Source of the DNA: an uncultured cyanobacterium
GTDB taxonomy: Bacteria > Cyanobacteriota > Cyanobacteriia > Pseudanabaenales > Pseudanabaenaceae
Reading direction: 5' to 3'
DNA: 64,000 nucleotides
Assembly: GCA_963703315.1 (NCBI GenBank)
Contig: OY969811.1
Span: 2,944,001 to 3,008,000, forward strand
Part shown: one piece after another, positions 20,367-29,487 of the stretch
Position numbering within the stretch: the stretch's first letter is position 1
How the letters are laid out: each line of letters starts with the position of its first letter
Translations under genes and position numbers: made by a program
The notes under the pieces: model-generated
Database searches by the model: none
Seen by the model: only the letters and a program-made list of their open reading frames with translations
Told to the model about the DNA's origin: nothing

Positions 20367-21512
20367 TTAAGCGGTTACTACTAATTGAGAGAGAGCATCT
20401 TTGACACGCTGATTACGGATTTCCCCAGCATGGGTAATGCAAGTGCTGCTGATAATGTCATCTTCAAAATCCAGATTGAGTTCGCCTTTCTTGATCAAGT
20501 GATTGAGAAGATTGAGCAAGTTCTTCGCATATTTTTGGGAAGCATGGATGGGCATCGAAGCAGGTAAATTGATAGGCGAAATGATGGTTACGCCATGACG
20601 CACCACATCTTTACCAGCTTCAGTTCCTTCACAGTTGCCCCCCTGCTCACCAGCCAGATCGACGATGATCGAGCCGCGTTTCATCTGCGCGATCATCGCA
20701 TCGGATACCATTACAGGTGCTTTGCGTCCAGGGACTTGAGCCGTGGTAATCACAATATCGGCATCCTTAATATGCTTCGCTAGAATTTCTTGAGCGTGCT
20801 GTTTGGCAGCTTCCGAAATCTCCTTGGCATAGCCACCTACGGCAGTGGTGTCTTCTTGTAAAGTCACATCAATAAATTTCGCGCCCAGACTCTGCACTTC
20901 TTCACGCACCGCAGGACGAATATCGTAAGCCTCAACCTGTGCGCCCAGACGACGCGCCGTCGCGATCGCCTGAAGTCCTGCCACACCTGCACCGAGAACA
21001 ACAACTTTTGCAGGAGGAATTGTTCCTGCTGCCGTAGTCAACATCGGTAGATATTTTGGTAAGGCGGCGGCGGCAATGAGAACGGCTTTGTAACCAGCGA
21101 TCGATGCTTGAGAAGAAAGAGCATCCATGCTTTGCGCCCGACTACTGCGCGGGATCATTTCCATGCTCATCGCCGTCACTCCCTGATGGGCGAGGCGGCG
21201 AATCAGTTCGGGTCTACCTAAAGGATTGAGGAATCCAATCGTAATTTGTCCTTTCTTGAAACTGCTTACTTCTTCTTCACGAGGTGCGCCCACCTTCAGC
21301 AAAACGTCTGATTCACTAATGAGAAAGTCTTTATCATTAATTATCTTAGCGCCGACTTCTTCATAAGCCGAGTTTGCGAAGAAAGAAGATTCACCAGCAT
21401 GACTTTCGATCAAAACTTCTAAGCCATTTTTGACTAAACGACCTACCACTTCAGGAATTAGAGCTACTCTACGTTCACCAAATTCTATTTCCTTGATAAC
21501 GCCTATCTTCAT
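20367..21512 (-). CDS. pntAA: NAD(P) transhydrogenase subunit alpha part 1
   Basis: ERRVAL, RAQSMDALSSQ, GAGVAGLQA, GGNCE. Confidence 0.95.
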   Translation of the reverse strand: MKIGVIKEIEFGERRVALIPEVVGRLVKNGLEVLIESHAGESSFFANSAYEEVGAKIINDKDFLISESDVLLKVGAPREEEVSSFKKGQITIGFLNPLGRPELIRRLAHQGVTAMSMEMIPRSSRAQSMDALSSQASIAGYKAVLIAAAALPKYLPMLTTAAGTIPPAKVVVLGAGVAGLQAIATARRLGAQVEAYDIRPAVREEVQSLGAKFIDVTLQEDTTAVGGYAKEISEAAKQHAQEILAKHIKDADIVITTAQVPGRKAPVMVSDAMIAQMKRGSIIVDLAGEQGGNCEGTEAGKDVVRHGVTIISPINLPASMPIHASQKYAKNLLNLLNHLIKKGELNLDFEDDIISSTCITHAGEIRNQRVKDALSQLVVTA

Positions 21513-21538
21513 TCATGCACCTTATTCGCGTATTTGCA

Positions 21539-21640
21539 ATAGCGTCACAGCCTTTTTCAAGCAAGCGAGGTATAGAGAATTGTTTCTCCGCCTAAGGCGG
21601 AGAAACAATTCCGTACTTCACTAGACTATGAAACGCTATA
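21539..21640. mobile_element. MITE-like element with ATAGCG...CGCTAT termini and central hairpin
   Basis: gaattgtttctccgcc taa ggcggagaaacaattc core. Confidence 0.55.
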
Positions 21641-21759
21641 AACTATTGTTTATCTTTTAAATATGTAAACTTATTTAAGATCGTAACTGTCTTTATCTAA
21701 TCAATTCTTTAGACAATCTTTACTGTGTGAGCAAGGAAACTTTACAAAGGAATAGACTT

Positions 21760-22587
21760 TTAGGACTTTGCCTTGATTACCTCTTCGGTTAGCGCAACCC
21801 ATTGAGCTACATCAAGATCTTCGGCTCTAACTTGAGCATTAATACCCATATTTTCTAAAATTAGAACTAATTGATCGCGATCAATTTCGGAAATGAGATT
21901 ATTGCGTAACATCTTCCTTTTTGTGGCAAAGCCGAGAGTGATTAAACGCTCTAGAAATTTAGGATCGCTGGCTGTGGTGACTGGAGGACGGGGAATAATG
22001 CGAACTACTGCGGAATTAACCTTGGGTGGTGGGTAAAAGGCAGATGCAGGAACATCGCAAATGAACTGACAATCTGCTAGATACTGAATCTTGACACTGA
22101 GAGCATTGTAAGCTTTGTGACCTGCTTTGGCGGCAAGGCGATCGCCGATTTCCTTTTGGACTAAGAGGACAATCTGCTCAAACTGTTGAATTGGTTCTGA
22201 AAGATTTCCCAATAGTCTTTTGAGAATTTCGCCTGTGATGTTGTAGGGAATATTGGCAATGACTTTATTAGTTTGCGAAGGAAGAGGAATATCGAGAATA
22301 CTTCCCTCTATTAATTGGAAGTTCTTTTGATGCATGGTTTTGCGAAGCTTTTCGCAAAGATCGCGATCAATTTCTACTGCCGTGAGGGATTCGACAAAGG
22401 GTAGAAGTAAACGGGTGAGATTGCCAGTACCAGGTCCTATTTCTAAAATGCGATCGCTAGACTTTAACTGCCCCGCCTGCAATATTTTGTTAAGAACGGC
22501 ATCACTCCGTAGCCAATGTTGCCCAAACTGTTTGCGCGGACGGATGGTTTTGCTAGGAATGTATGCTGGTTTATCGAGATTGGTCAT
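21760..22587 (-). CDS. rsmA: 16S rRNA dimethyladenosine transferase
   Basis: FGQHWL, LEIGPGTG, ANIPYNIT, FYPPPKVNSAV, RAEDL. Confidence 0.96.
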   Translation of the reverse strand: MTNLDKPAYIPSKTIRPRKQFGQHWLRSDAVLNKILQAGQLKSSDRILEIGPGTGNLTRLLLPFVESLTAVEIDRDLCEKLRKTMHQKNFQLIEGSILDIPLPSQTNKVIANIPYNITGEILKRLLGNLSEPIQQFEQIVLLVQKEIGDRLAAKAGHKAYNALSVKIQYLADCQFICDVPASAFYPPPKVNSAVVRIIPRPPVTTASDPKFLERLITLGFATKRKMLRNNLISEIDRDQLVLILENMGINAQVRAEDLDVAQWVALTEEVIKAKS

Positions 22588-22704
22588 TGCGATCGCTAGT
22601 TAAAAGTTAGATGGTGCGAAACGAGTTACTTACGCTATTATCGCTAGGTTAGCATCACTCAAAACGATCCCCAAATTATTATCGCTAAGCTGTTAGCGCT
22701 AAAT

Positions 22705-23295
22705 GTGCAAAGACAATCTTCTTCGTTTACTATTCGTCACGCTAGCTCTAGAGATGTCGGTCATGTCGCAGATATCTTGACCGAGAGTTTTTATCGTAGC
22801 TCCGATCGCAAGGTCAATCTTTTGCTACGTTGCTTTACAGATTTGGTATATCCACTCTTACGCTACGGGATTATGCTCGATCTCAGTAGCCGAGTTGGTG
22901 AAAAACTGCCCTGCTATGCTTGTCTGATTGCCACCCATCCTGCCAACAAATCCCAAGCGATCGCCTCTCTAGAAATTGGGCTGCGCTATGTACCTGTAAA
23001 TCCTCACCATATATTTTGGTTAGGTCGCGAAATGGAGCAGTATCCCTATATTTTTAATCTAGCTGTACATCCTCAATGGCGGCGACGCGGTGTAGCAAAA
23101 CAACTTTTACTCGCCGCCGCCCAAACAGTTAAACAGTGGGGCTTTGCTAGTTTATATATGCACGTGCTAGAAGATAATCAACCTGCGCGTAATCTTTACG
23201 ACTGTCTTGGATATCAATTACATAGCCAAGAGGGTCATGTAAATTATTGGCTATTGGGTCGTCCACGACGATTTTTATTACAAAAAAATTTATAG
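22705..23295 (+). CDS. GNAT family N-acetyltransferase
   Basis: YIFNLAVHPQWRRRGVAKQLL, NQPARNLY..LGY. Confidence 0.9.
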   Translation: MQRQSSSFTIRHASSRDVGHVADILTESFYRSSDRKVNLLLRCFTDLVYPLLRYGIMLDLSSRVGEKLPCYACLIATHPANKSQAIASLEIGLRYVPVNPHHIFWLGREMEQYPYIFNLAVHPQWRRRGVAKQLLLAAAQTVKQWGFASLYMHVLEDNQPARNLYDCLGYQLHSQEGHVNYWLLGRPRRFLLQKNL

Positions 23296-23414
23296 CTGTC
23301 GCAAGGGGCTTAGCAACTCTACTGAAAGCTGCATAGTTAATCAACGCTAAAATTTGAGATCAAGTTACAATATTGATCTGTTGAAATAACTTATCAGGAG
23401 TACATCTGCCAACT

Positions 23415-23846
23415 ATGACCATCGCAACCGATATCCCTAACCCCACCGATCTCCACCACACCAGAGACAATGACCAAAGCTACCGCATGGCTCAAGCAGC
23501 AGTAATCGCTGCGGACGATCGCAAGGGAGAAAATATCGTTTTACTCGCGATCGGTGAAGTCTCGACTTTAGCAGAGTATTTTGTGATTGCATCGGGATTT
23601 TCTAAGGCACAGGTGCGGGCGATCGCTGGTGCGGCGGAAGAGGCGATCGAAGAAAAATTTGCACGGAAACCCCGAAATATTGCGGGGGAACAAGATGGCA
23701 CTTGGATTTTGCTAGATTATGGCGATCTGATTGTCCATGCAATGATGGGTCAAGAGCGTGAATATTATGATCTTGAAGCATTTTGGGGTCATGCCCCCAA
23801 GCTGGAAGTAGTTTTACCTACTCCTGAAGCTCAAGTCGTAGAGTAA
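23415..23846 (+). CDS. rsfS: Ribosome silencing factor (iojap)
   Basis: DDRKGENI, YFVIASG, WILLDYGD, REYYDLEAFW. Confidence 0.95.
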   Translation: MTIATDIPNPTDLHHTRDNDQSYRMAQAAVIAADDRKGENIVLLAIGEVSTLAEYFVIASGFSKAQVRAIAGAAEEAIEEKFARKPRNIAGEQDGTWILLDYGDLIVHAMMGQEREYYDLEAFWGHAPKLEVVLPTPEAQVVE

Positions 23847-23847
23847 T

Positions 23848-24028
23848 TAAAACCTTTGGCGCACGCGCCGCGTGCGCCAAAGGTTTTAGGGTTTTATTTG
23901 TGAATTAAAAACCAAACCCAGTAAATACCAAAACACAAAATGGTGACACCATTTTGTGTTTTGGTATTTACTGGGAAGGCTTAGAAAAAAGTAGAGACAG
24001 CGCTTTGTCCCATCTCTACTTTTTTCTA
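23848..24028. repeat. Cluster of three palindromes (23848-23888, 23917-23975, 23982-24028)
   Basis: 19-bp perfect arms with CACGC-GCC-GCGTG core; 29-bp perfect arms with a 1-nt spacer; 16-bp arms with a degenerate GCGC-TTT core. Confidence 0.8.
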
Positions 24029-24093
24029 GGCATTGACAACACAGACAAGCGATAATTAACAAATCTCGTTTACATTTGGACATACTAGAATTT

Positions 24094-24318
24094 ATGAAGG
24101 TTGGCGATCGCGTTCGTGTTAAGACAGCATTAAATGTCTTTCATCACCCTGAACACAAGGGTAAATCTTTTGATATCGCAGGATTGGAAGGTGAAATTGT
24201 GCGTGTACATAAAGAATGGAATGGTCGTCCGATCAGTCCTAACTATCCCTATGAAGTTAGATTTAACCCTAAATTTGTTACGCATTTAGGCGATCATGAA
24301 TTAGAGTTAGCTAACTAA
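24094..24318 (+). CDS. ftrV: Ferredoxin-thioredoxin reductase variable subunit
   Basis: MKVGDRVRV, FHHPEHK, WNGRPISPNYPYEVRF, HL..ELE. Confidence 0.92.
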   Translation: MKVGDRVRVKTALNVFHHPEHKGKSFDIAGLEGEIVRVHKEWNGRPISPNYPYEVRFNPKFVTHLGDHELELAN

Positions 24319-24377
24319 CTTACGGTTAAGGAAGGTCTGCATTGCCTACAGACCTTCTTGCCACAAGAGGTTTACTA

Positions 24378-25388
24378 ATGGAAGCCACAATTTTCAGTAT
24401 TGTTTTCGCTCTTTTTAGTGGTACTTATATCTATCGCTCTTTTCGGATTATCGAAGAAGGACAGATTGCCCTAGTTGAGAGATTTGGTAAATATCAAAAA
24501 ACGATGGAACCTGGCATTAATATCGTTTTGCCATTTCTTGATCGCGTTGCCTTAGTGCAAAGCTCCCGCGAACAGGTTTTAGAAATGTCGCCACAGCCCT
24601 GCACGACTTCCGATAGCGTCAGTGTCAGCGTCAGTGGTGTGATGTATTGGCAAGTTACTGATCTCAAACAGGCAAGATATAACATTGAGAATGTCGATAA
24701 ATCGCTGATTGTGTCCCTCGCCACTCAAATTCAAACACAGATTGGACGATGCGATCTCGATAATATTATTGGTGGGCAAGAGCGCATTAACGAAGAGATT
24801 TTGCAGGGTATTTCTAGCGATACTAAAGATTGGGGAATCAGGGTATTGCGCGTGAGATTAGGGGAAATTACAATTCCTACATCGGTGCTGTTATCGATGG
24901 AAAAACAAAAAGCAGCAGAAATTGAGAAGAAAGCGATGATTTCCCTATCTGAGGGTGAAAAGACTTCGGAAATTAAAAAGGCGGAGGCAGTGGCACTTTC
25001 CAATCGGGTTCTCGCTGAATCAGAGCGCCAAGTCCGTTTAGAACAAACTGAGGCGATGGCACTATCGATTGAACGCATTGCCGATGCGATCGCCAATCAT
25101 CCGCATGGACAAGAAGCAGTCCAATATTTATTAGCTCAAAAATATATAGAAATGGGACAAGCGATCGGGCAAAGTCCCAGCAGTAAGGTTTTATTTATGG
25201 ACCCACAGTCCATTCCGGGGGCAATTCAATCGTTACTAGCGATGACTGATAGCAAGATGGCTGAGGCGATCGCTAAGCAACCTTTTGGCGCAAGCAGCAA
25301 TATTCCACCATCATTACGCAATTTACCTGAGATTAAACCTTTTAAACCACCGTCAGCAAATGAGAATATTGATCCAAGCAGTAATTGA
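24378..25388 (+). CDS. SPFH/band 7 (stomatin/QmcA-like) membrane protein
   Basis: N-terminal TM, LVERFGKY, PGINIVLPFLD, WGIRVLRV, EAVQYLLAQKY. Confidence 0.9.
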   Translation: MEATIFSIVFALFSGTYIYRSFRIIEEGQIALVERFGKYQKTMEPGINIVLPFLDRVALVQSSREQVLEMSPQPCTTSDSVSVSVSGVMYWQVTDLKQARYNIENVDKSLIVSLATQIQTQIGRCDLDNIIGGQERINEEILQGISSDTKDWGIRVLRVRLGEITIPTSVLLSMEKQKAAEIEKKAMISLSEGEKTSEIKKAEAVALSNRVLAESERQVRLEQTEAMALSIERIADAIANHPHGQEAVQYLLAQKYIEMGQAIGQSPSSKVLFMDPQSIPGAIQSLLAMTDSKMAEAIAKQPFGASSNIPPSLRNLPEIKPFKPPSANENIDPSSN

Positions 25389-25746
25389 TGGAAATGACAG
25401 AAATGAGCAAGGATGACAAGCTGAATAAGATTTATAGCTTTGCCAAAATCTTGCTCCTCCATCTGATCAAACAACGCGCCGAAAATCGCACTACGCGATC
25501 ATGGGATCTTTCAATTAAAAATTTAGTGCGAGAAATTCAGCGCACCAACCCATGGAGTAAGGCTAAAGGTAATTATTGCGAACAGAACTACGCGAGGCGA
25601 TAGAAGAGGCTTTTGAGATTGCACTAGATGCTGCTGCGGGTGAGGCTTTTGAGGGCAGATATGAGTCTGATGCGTTGGGTGCAATGGTCGATCGCGATGC
25701 AATTATCAATCAGGCGATCGCTTTAATTTCTGGTAGTAATGTGTGA
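25385..25746 (+). pseudogene. DUF29-like protein, apparently N-terminally truncated and frameshifted
   Basis: EMSKDDKLNKIYSFAKILLLHLIKQ..RSWDLSI continues in another frame from about 25585 as ELREAIEEAFEIALDAAAGEAFEGRY...ISGSNV*. Confidence 0.7.
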
Positions 25747-25783
25747 GATAAAATCAAAATATTGATAAATCAGTGTTCAACGT

Positions 25784-26414
25784 ATGGAAATTATTACTCA
25801 TCTTATTGTGGCTGCGATCAAGATCATTGTTGATTCTGGGGTATTAGGTAAGATTGGCGATGGTGCAATAGCTAAAGTTGGTGAAAATGCTGTTGATGGT
25901 GTTGGCAACCTGTCTCAGAGATTATGGTCAATGCTAAGTTGATTCTGGGGTATTAGGTAAGATTGGCGATGGTGCAATAGCTAAAGTTGGTGAAAATGCT
26001 GTTGATGGTGTCGGCAACCTGTCTCAGAGATTATGGTCAATGCTAAAGCAGAAAGCTCCTGATACTGATACGGTCAAGAAATTGGGTACAGGAAAAGAGG
26101 TTGATTATCAGCAAGCGGTGATTGATGTAGAGGCGATCGCTGATGATCCTGATGTGGTGAAGTTGTTGGATGAGGTGCGATCGCTACTATCCAGCAACAA
26201 GGAACTAGCAGATAAGGTTGAGGCTTTAGCGGCACAAGTTAAATCTAAAAATATTCAGGTAGCAGCTAAAGACTTTAAGTCGGATGAGTTGGAATTTGGA
26301 GGCAATCAGAAAATATCGTCAACTGAGTCTAAGGCGGTTAATAAACAAACTGGATTTGATAGTGTGAAGATTAAAGGTAAGGCTACGATCAAACTCAATC
26401 AACAAATTAATTAG
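25784..26414 (+). pseudogene. Bell/HeLo-like putative effector with C-terminal amyloid-like motif, frameshifted by an internal duplication
   Basis: Removing one 109-bp copy restores a 173-aa ORF MEIITHLIVAAIKIIVDSGVLGKIGDGAIAKVGE...LNQQIN*. Confidence 0.65.
25829..26046 (+). repeat. 109-bp tandem direct duplication
   Basis: 25829-25937 and 25938-26046 are identical except one base (gttggc vs gtcggc). Confidence 0.95.
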
Positions 26415-26606
26415 GTGATTACTATGCTCGAAGCTCAAGATTTACGACCTTTGCTCAAGGAGTTATTGCGTGAAATGTTTACGCAGGAGCGTGATTTGTT
26501 GGCTGAGTTGATTTATGAGGTTATGGAGGATGTGGCGATTGCTAGGGCGATCGCTGAGGGTAAGGATAGCGAAAATGTTGATCGAGATGAAATCTTAAAT
26601 TTATGA
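26415..26606 (+). CDS. Small acidic antitoxin-like protein with no adjacent cognate toxin
   Basis: 63 aa, EVMEDVAIARAIAEG..VDRDEIL pattern typical of RelE-associated antitoxins; stop overlaps the NLR start (ATGA). Confidence 0.55.
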   Translation: MITMLEAQDLRPLLKELLREMFTQERDLLAELIYEVMEDVAIARAIAEGKDSENVDRDEILNL

Positions 26607-28933
26607 GCGATAAATATAATCAAACAGGAATTAGCGGTTCTACCTTTGGCGATAACGCTCAAATTGAGATTAAGCAGGAGATTAAAGCATCACGCCAAAA
26701 TCAAGCAATTCCTAGCAATGTACGGCATGGTTCACCCAACTTTGTCGGGCGAGAGGAAGAACTTGCAGAGATTCATACAAAACTGCAAGCGGGTCAGGGT
26801 GTAATCGTCTGTGCGGTGGAGGGGATGGGTGGTGTCGGTAAGACCGAACTTGCTCTGCAATATGCGACTCGCTATCAACAGGAATATGTGGCGCAGTATT
26901 GGTTGTCATTGCGGGAGATGGGATTGGCTCAGGCAGTGGTGACGATCGCTAGTCCTTATCTTGACTTACCCGAATCAATGCGATCGGCTAGTCTAGATCA
27001 ACAAGCAGCATGGTATTGGCAAAACTGGTTGCCTGAGACTGGCAAGCTATTGGTGATTCTCGATGATGTACCGAAGGCGGAGAGCATTCCCAATGTTGCC
27101 ATGCCCATCGATCCGCGTGTGCGGGTATTGGTAACGACGAGAGAACGGGAATTGAATGTGGGTTTTGAGTCTGTGCCTCTGGATGTGTTGTCAGAGGAGA
27201 AAGCACTGGAACTGTTAAGAAAAATAGTTGGCGCGGCAAAGGTAGATAAAGAACTTGTCACTGTCAAAGAGATTTGCAATACTCTGGGTTATTTGCCTTT
27301 GGGCTTAGAGTTAATTGGTGAATATCTGAGCAAAAATCGCTTTCTGACTTTTGCCAAGTTACAAGAAAGGTTAAATCTTGCCGATGAATCAATTGCACGG
27401 GAACGCAAGTATAGGTTTTATGGCGATCGTGGTGTGGAAGCAGCAATCCAACTGAGTTGGGATGACATCAGTGCTGGCTCTCAGAGAGTGGCGATGTTGT
27501 TAGGGCTGTTTGCACCTGTTGAGATTTTGTGGGAGTTGGTGGCTGAGATTGGAGCAAGTGCCGAAATTACGGAAGCAGAACTCAATGAGGCTAGAGGTCA
27601 GTTAGACAGTTTGCATTTGATTCAACCAACTGATGAAGAATGCAACTTTTATAAGATTCATACGCTAGTGCGTGATTTCTTTCGTACCAAGCTATTAAAA
27701 GCTGAAGAGAATCATCAGTTTCGGCAAGCATTTGTAACCAGTTTGCTGGCTATAGCTAAAGAAATACCCCAATCACCAACGCGAGATTTGATTGCAAAGA
27801 TAACTCCAGCTATTCCTCATTTAGATTTGTTGAGTCGCGAAATGCTGAGTGATATTCTCAATCGTGAAGAGGATTTGGTGTGGGCGTTCTTAGGAATTGC
27901 TTTTTACTATAATGGTCAAGGGCTATATGATTTGGCAATTCCACATCTAGAAAACTGCCTCAAATCTACGGAGTCATTATTAGGTGTCACTCATAGAGAT
28001 GTTGCACTTACCATGAGCAACTTAGCCGCAAACTACATAAAAACAAGGCAATATCAAAGGTCAGAGACTCTCCTTCTGCGATGTATAGAGATTTATCAAA
28101 ATACATCAAGAGAAGATGATCCTGAACTAGCACCAGTTTTTAACAACTTAGCCTCACTGCAAAAACAAAAGGGTAATTGGAACAAGGCTTTATATTATTA
28201 TCAAAAGTCTCTTGTACTTATTGAGAAAAAGTGGGGAAATCAGCATATAAAGGTAGCCACTATCTACAACAATGTTGGAGGAGTTTATGAATCGCTATGT
28301 GATTATGAACAAGCTGAGATGTTTTTTGTACTGTCGCTCAAAATAAGGGAAAGTTTTCTGGGTGCAGATCATCCAGATGTAGCACAAAGTCTTTGTAATC
28401 TTGCAGGAATTTACAGATTACAAAATAAACGTATCGAATCAGAAAACCTCTACATCCAATCAATTAAGATAAGAGAAAGTAAGCTAGGAATAGATCATGT
28501 TGATGTTGCTATTACCCTCAATAACCTTGCACTACTTTATTATGATTGGCAGAGATATTCTGAGGCAGAGTTTCTATTAAAAAAATCTCTTTTTATTAGG
28601 GAACGTCAAGTAGGAGCAGACCATCTTGATGTCGCCCAAAGTCTTAACAATCTTGCTTCACTGTACTACTTTCAAAGGAATTATAGCGAAGCCGAACCGC
28701 TCTATCTGCGATCGCTTTCCATTAGGGAACGTCAACTAGGAGAAGACCATCCCGATGTCGTCACTAGTCTCGACAATCTCGCAAGTTTGTACGAGTTGCA
28801 AGGAAGATATGAGGAAGCAGAGCCACTCTATGTAAAAGCATTAGAAATTCTGGAAGTTTCTCTAGGAATGGAACATCCAATTACACAAAAGTGTCGCGAT
28901 AATCTCCAGTCTCTACGCGATCTACAAAACTAA
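26603..28933 (+). CDS. NB-ARC (STAND) NTPase with TPR repeats (bacterial NLR)
   Basis: FVGREEEL, Walker A GMGGVGKT, Walker B LVILDDV, VTTR, LGYLPLGL, HTLV, then 42-aa TPRs (HPDVAQSLNNLA type). Confidence 0.93.
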   Translation: MSDKYNQTGISGSTFGDNAQIEIKQEIKASRQNQAIPSNVRHGSPNFVGREEELAEIHTKLQAGQGVIVCAVEGMGGVGKTELALQYATRYQQEYVAQYWLSLREMGLAQAVVTIASPYLDLPESMRSASLDQQAAWYWQNWLPETGKLLVILDDVPKAESIPNVAMPIDPRVRVLVTTRERELNVGFESVPLDVLSEEKALELLRKIVGAAKVDKELVTVKEICNTLGYLPLGLELIGEYLSKNRFLTFAKLQERLNLADESIARERKYRFYGDRGVEAAIQLSWDDISAGSQRVAMLLGLFAPVEILWELVAEIGASAEITEAELNEARGQLDSLHLIQPTDEECNFYKIHTLVRDFFRTKLLKAEENHQFRQAFVTSLLAIAKEIPQSPTRDLIAKITPAIPHLDLLSREMLSDILNREEDLVWAFLGIAFYYNGQGLYDLAIPHLENCLKSTESLLGVTHRDVALTMSNLAANYIKTRQYQRSETLLLRCIEIYQNTSREDDPELAPVFNNLASLQKQKGNWNKALYYYQKSLVLIEKKWGNQHIKVATIYNNVGGVYESLCDYEQAEMFFVLSLKIRESFLGADHPDVAQSLCNLAGIYRLQNKRIESENLYIQSIKIRESKLGIDHVDVAITLNNLALLYYDWQRYSEAEFLLKKSLFIRERQVGADHLDVAQSLNNLASLYYFQRNYSEAEPLYLRSLSIRERQLGEDHPDVVTSLDNLASLYELQGRYEEAEPLYVKALEILEVSLGMEHPITQKCRDNLQSLRDLQN

Positions 28934-29418
28934 TGAATATGACTCCTAAAAGTATTGTGACTATTTATGACAAACAAGGGCGTGATTACCAAATTGAAGT
29001 TAATGAGCATGAGTCCATTCTTTCGCTTAAAGTTTATCGTTCGTTGGATTGTGTTGGACTAAGGGATATGGTCGGTCATATCGACTGTGTTTTTGAGTAT
29101 CCTAATGAAATGGTTCTAGGAGATATTCACTTTGAAGACAAGATAGACCGTAACCGACTAAAACGCATTTATGCATTTTTTCATCAAGAACCGAAAAACT
29201 ACCGCAGGCTGAGACTAGGAACTGCCACACTAAAATTTCTCATCAAATATATTAAGGAGAAAGGAATCAAAAAGCTTCATGGGTCAATAACTCAACGCGA
29301 TCTTACTGCTAACCCGAATCTAATCAAATGGTATCGAGATAATGGTTTTACAGTAGAAGCTCTAACGGCTCAAGAAATAGACAATAGTGTAGCCAAAATC
29401 TGTCTTTACCTGCTATAA
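28933..29418 (+). CDS. GNAT-fold hypothetical protein
   Basis: YRRLRLGTATLKFLI and LIKWYRDNGF resemble GNAT motifs A and B; TAATG overlap with the NLR stop. Confidence 0.6.
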   Translation: MNMTPKSIVTIYDKQGRDYQIEVNEHESILSLKVYRSLDCVGLRDMVGHIDCVFEYPNEMVLGDIHFEDKIDRNRLKRIYAFFHQEPKNYRRLRLGTATLKFLIKYIKEKGIKKLHGSITQRDLTANPNLIKWYRDNGFTVEALTAQEIDNSVAKICLYLL

Positions 29419-29444
29419 CGCCTAAAAACTACTTGACTGTAAAG

Positions 29445-29479
29445 GCGATCGCGGGTGTATTTTGGTTTTGATTTAGGCG
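29445..29479 (+). repeat. HIP1-containing direct repeat, copy 1
   Basis: GCGATCGCGGGTGTATTTTGGTTTTGATTTAGGCG. Confidence 0.85.
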
Positions 29480-29487
29480 TGGAATTG

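Noticed and set aside
23886..24083. 65-aa minus-strand ORF
   Set aside because: Composed of palindromic repeat sequence with no protein-like features.
25829..26046. Possible CRISPR array
   Set aside because: It is one 109-bp tandem duplication of coding sequence with no spacers. No repeat-spacer array or cas gene was seen in the window.
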